In this document: positions 61,732-64,000 of the stretch, one piece after another
How the letters are laid out: the number at the start of each line of letters is the position of its first letter
Numbering within the stretch: position 1 is the first letter of the stretch
Assembly: GCF_001194135.2 (NCBI RefSeq)
Contig: NC_068981.1
Span: 136,230,752-136,294,751 of the forward strand
Length of the DNA: 64,000 nucleotides
DNA from: Octopus bimaculoides
Lineage: Eukaryota
Direction of reading: 5' to 3'
Notes under the pieces: generated by a model
What the model was told of the DNA's origin: nothing
What the model saw: only the letters and a program-made list of their open reading frames with translations
Database searches by the model: none
Translations under genes and position numbers: made by a program

Positions 61732-64000
61732 TATTCATACATTGTCATGTAACATTAAGATTTTGATAATGTGATTATTATAGAAATGACTTCGTTGGGT
61801 AAATGTGGTAGTGGNNNNNNNNNNNNNNNNNNNNNNNNNNNNNNNNNNNNNNNNNNNNNNNNNNNNNNNNNNNNNNNNNNNNNNNNNNNNNNNNNNNNNN
61901 NNNNNNNNNNNNNNNNNGGGGGGGGGGGGCTGGATCTGACCAGTTTCAGCATTAAAAACAGTATTTGGATTTGATATGACTGGTTTAAATACTAAAAGAG
62001 TTAAATATGAATTTTTAATAATTTGAGGTCCAGTGACTTAATGCCGGACAAGTGGTCACTTGAAAATAGTTATCCATTACTTAATTCTAGCTTTACTAAG
62101 TGAGGATTCTCAGTTAAATATATATATATTGTTTCTTATCTCTGAAATGAATGAGAAGCTGTAGAAAAAGCATTCAACTGTGAGAATATTGCTGACAGGT
62201 GGGTGAGATATTACAATTGTTCATTTGACATTTTAAAATATTAAAGTCTACTTAAATTGATTATATTCTGAAAATATTTAGCTTTTAATTAAACAAATGA
62301 ATACAGTATACTTTGATTCCATTTAAATGCTGTTCTCTTCTGAAGTAGCAAGGAATACAGAAATATGTTTAGGAGAATTTTCTTTTTTCTTTAATGAAAA
62401 ATGATTTAGTTGAAAATTATGAAATTCTGTTCAGTTATAAAGATTCTCTATTGCATTTTCCATTGTTAACAATCACAACAGAGTTAATTCGAAGATATTT
62501 AATTTAGTCTAAAAATGTCATTTTCCTTAGAACAGATTTTTCATTATTTGATTGCTTCTATAAAAAAAAAAAAACTCAAAAAAGCACCGTAAATATTTTC
62601 TATTTTTTTCAAATTTTTGTATTTAATAGCTTAAAATAAAATGCTTCTAGTTTATTGAATTATCACATTTTCTCTGACACTTTAGATCATTCTAAAGTTG
62701 CTAATTATCTATGAAAAGAAATGGAGAATCGGAAGAAGGAAGTCACTTGCTAATATCTTTCCTAGAAATCAAGTAAATCTTTTGAGGTTTAAGCAACGTA
62801 TTAAATTTTTAATATGAGAAACTTATCACCCAAAATGTGATGGGTGAAGCAAGAGGGTTGTAGTTGCAGACTTGGTGGGCTTATTTATGAAATTGGTAGG
62901 GATTATATTAGTGCCAGAACAAATACTGGAAAATATTTTTTCCAATGATCTAATGATTCTGCCTAACATGTTAACTGCCTCATGTACCACCAGTAGTTTA
63001 TTTCAAACTTCATGAAACTGCCACATGCATCACTCGTGGTACATTTTCATAATTTGGGAAGATATTTTATTGTGTAGCTTTGACATTTTGAGGATATTTT
63101 AAACAACATGAGTGCTAAATATTTTATGAAATATTGTAAAAGTGCAAAGAAAGAAAAAATGGTGCATGAAATATGTGGCATCACCAGTAAGTTCCAGTAC
63201 AGACCCTGTTAATGTATTAAAATATTATTTCTACAGCTTTCACAGTCGATCTGAGTAAGCTGCTGTGGTCACTTGACCTGTCAGATATAGAAGCCAAAGC
63301 TCTTTCAAATCAAGTCCTACTTAAATGCAAGGGTATGTAACACAGCTTAGCTAATCCTAAAAACACACAGACTGGTGATGACTGGACTAGTGTTTCTCAC
63401 ATTCCCCTCCTTCTCTCGTGTTCACTTAAAGCTTGTTTGTACAGATTTTATCCTACAATCCACTAGGACGTTGACCCTCGTTAAATACTTACGTTCTATG
63501 TATTTAGTTACCTTAGTGACGTTTGTGTCGCGTTTGTAGGCAGGATGCCTATAATTATAAAGGACTGTCAGATTAGTATTAGAAATGAAAAGAAGTGACA
63601 GTTAATTGAATCATGAACTTATACCATGATCTCATTCTTACGCCTACTCACTGCTTTCTATATTAATTCTCTTTCATTAGTTTAAATCCTACCAAGGGTT
63701 GCTTTTTGTTCTTCCAGGATCAATAAAATTAGTAGACTGAATACTGTAGTTGATTTGAATGACTGATCATCATAATCTTAGTGTTTACTTTTTTCATGCT
63801 TGCATTAGTCGGGTTAGAATTGGGGAAGATTTTCTATGACCAGATGCCCTTCCTGTCATCAACTGTCACCTGATTCTAAGCAAGGTAATATTTCTCCACA
63901 GCCACACATGTTTATGCAGAATATTGGAAACAAATATCCATTTACAACAATCATGTGATGACAAAAAAAAAAGACACAAACACTCTAACAAACATTTTGT

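Noticed and set aside
63240-63257. 18-nt phase 2-2 microexon
   Set aside because: It lies next to a dispersed repeat motif (TGACCTG..AGA..AGC.AAA.CTC) also seen near 3227 and 23540.

Overview
AT-rich, repeat-dense eukaryotic genomic DNA from a gapped draft scaffold with 7 N-runs, most next to microsatellites. The repeat content (tRNA-derived SINEs with internal (TA)n/(TG)n tracts, (GAT)n-tailed retroelements, many small MITEs) resembles what I know of octopus genomes; this taxon call is recognition, not a search result. There is no complete protein-coding gene and no prokaryotic-type system. Almost all listed ORFs are artefacts of microsatellites, N-runs or SINEs. Supportable content: (i) a ~10 kb CpG-rich domain (~19.9-30.3 kb) with promoter motifs and two or three candidate alternative first coding exons of an unidentified + strand gene, whose first intron apparently runs off the right end; (ii) many SINE copies of several modular families; (iii) remnants of a CR1-group LINE, an RTE LINE, a pogo/Tigger transposase and a mariner; (iv) hAT-, piggyBac- and Tc1/mariner-type MITEs with visible TIRs and TSDs. 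The most notable observations are a degenerate type I hammerhead ribozyme at the tip of a 36-bp inverted repeat (9124-9258), a LINE 3' end matching the tail of the dominant SINE, a fold-back mariner nested in a pogo remnant, and a pre-miRNA-like stem that covers a splice donor.
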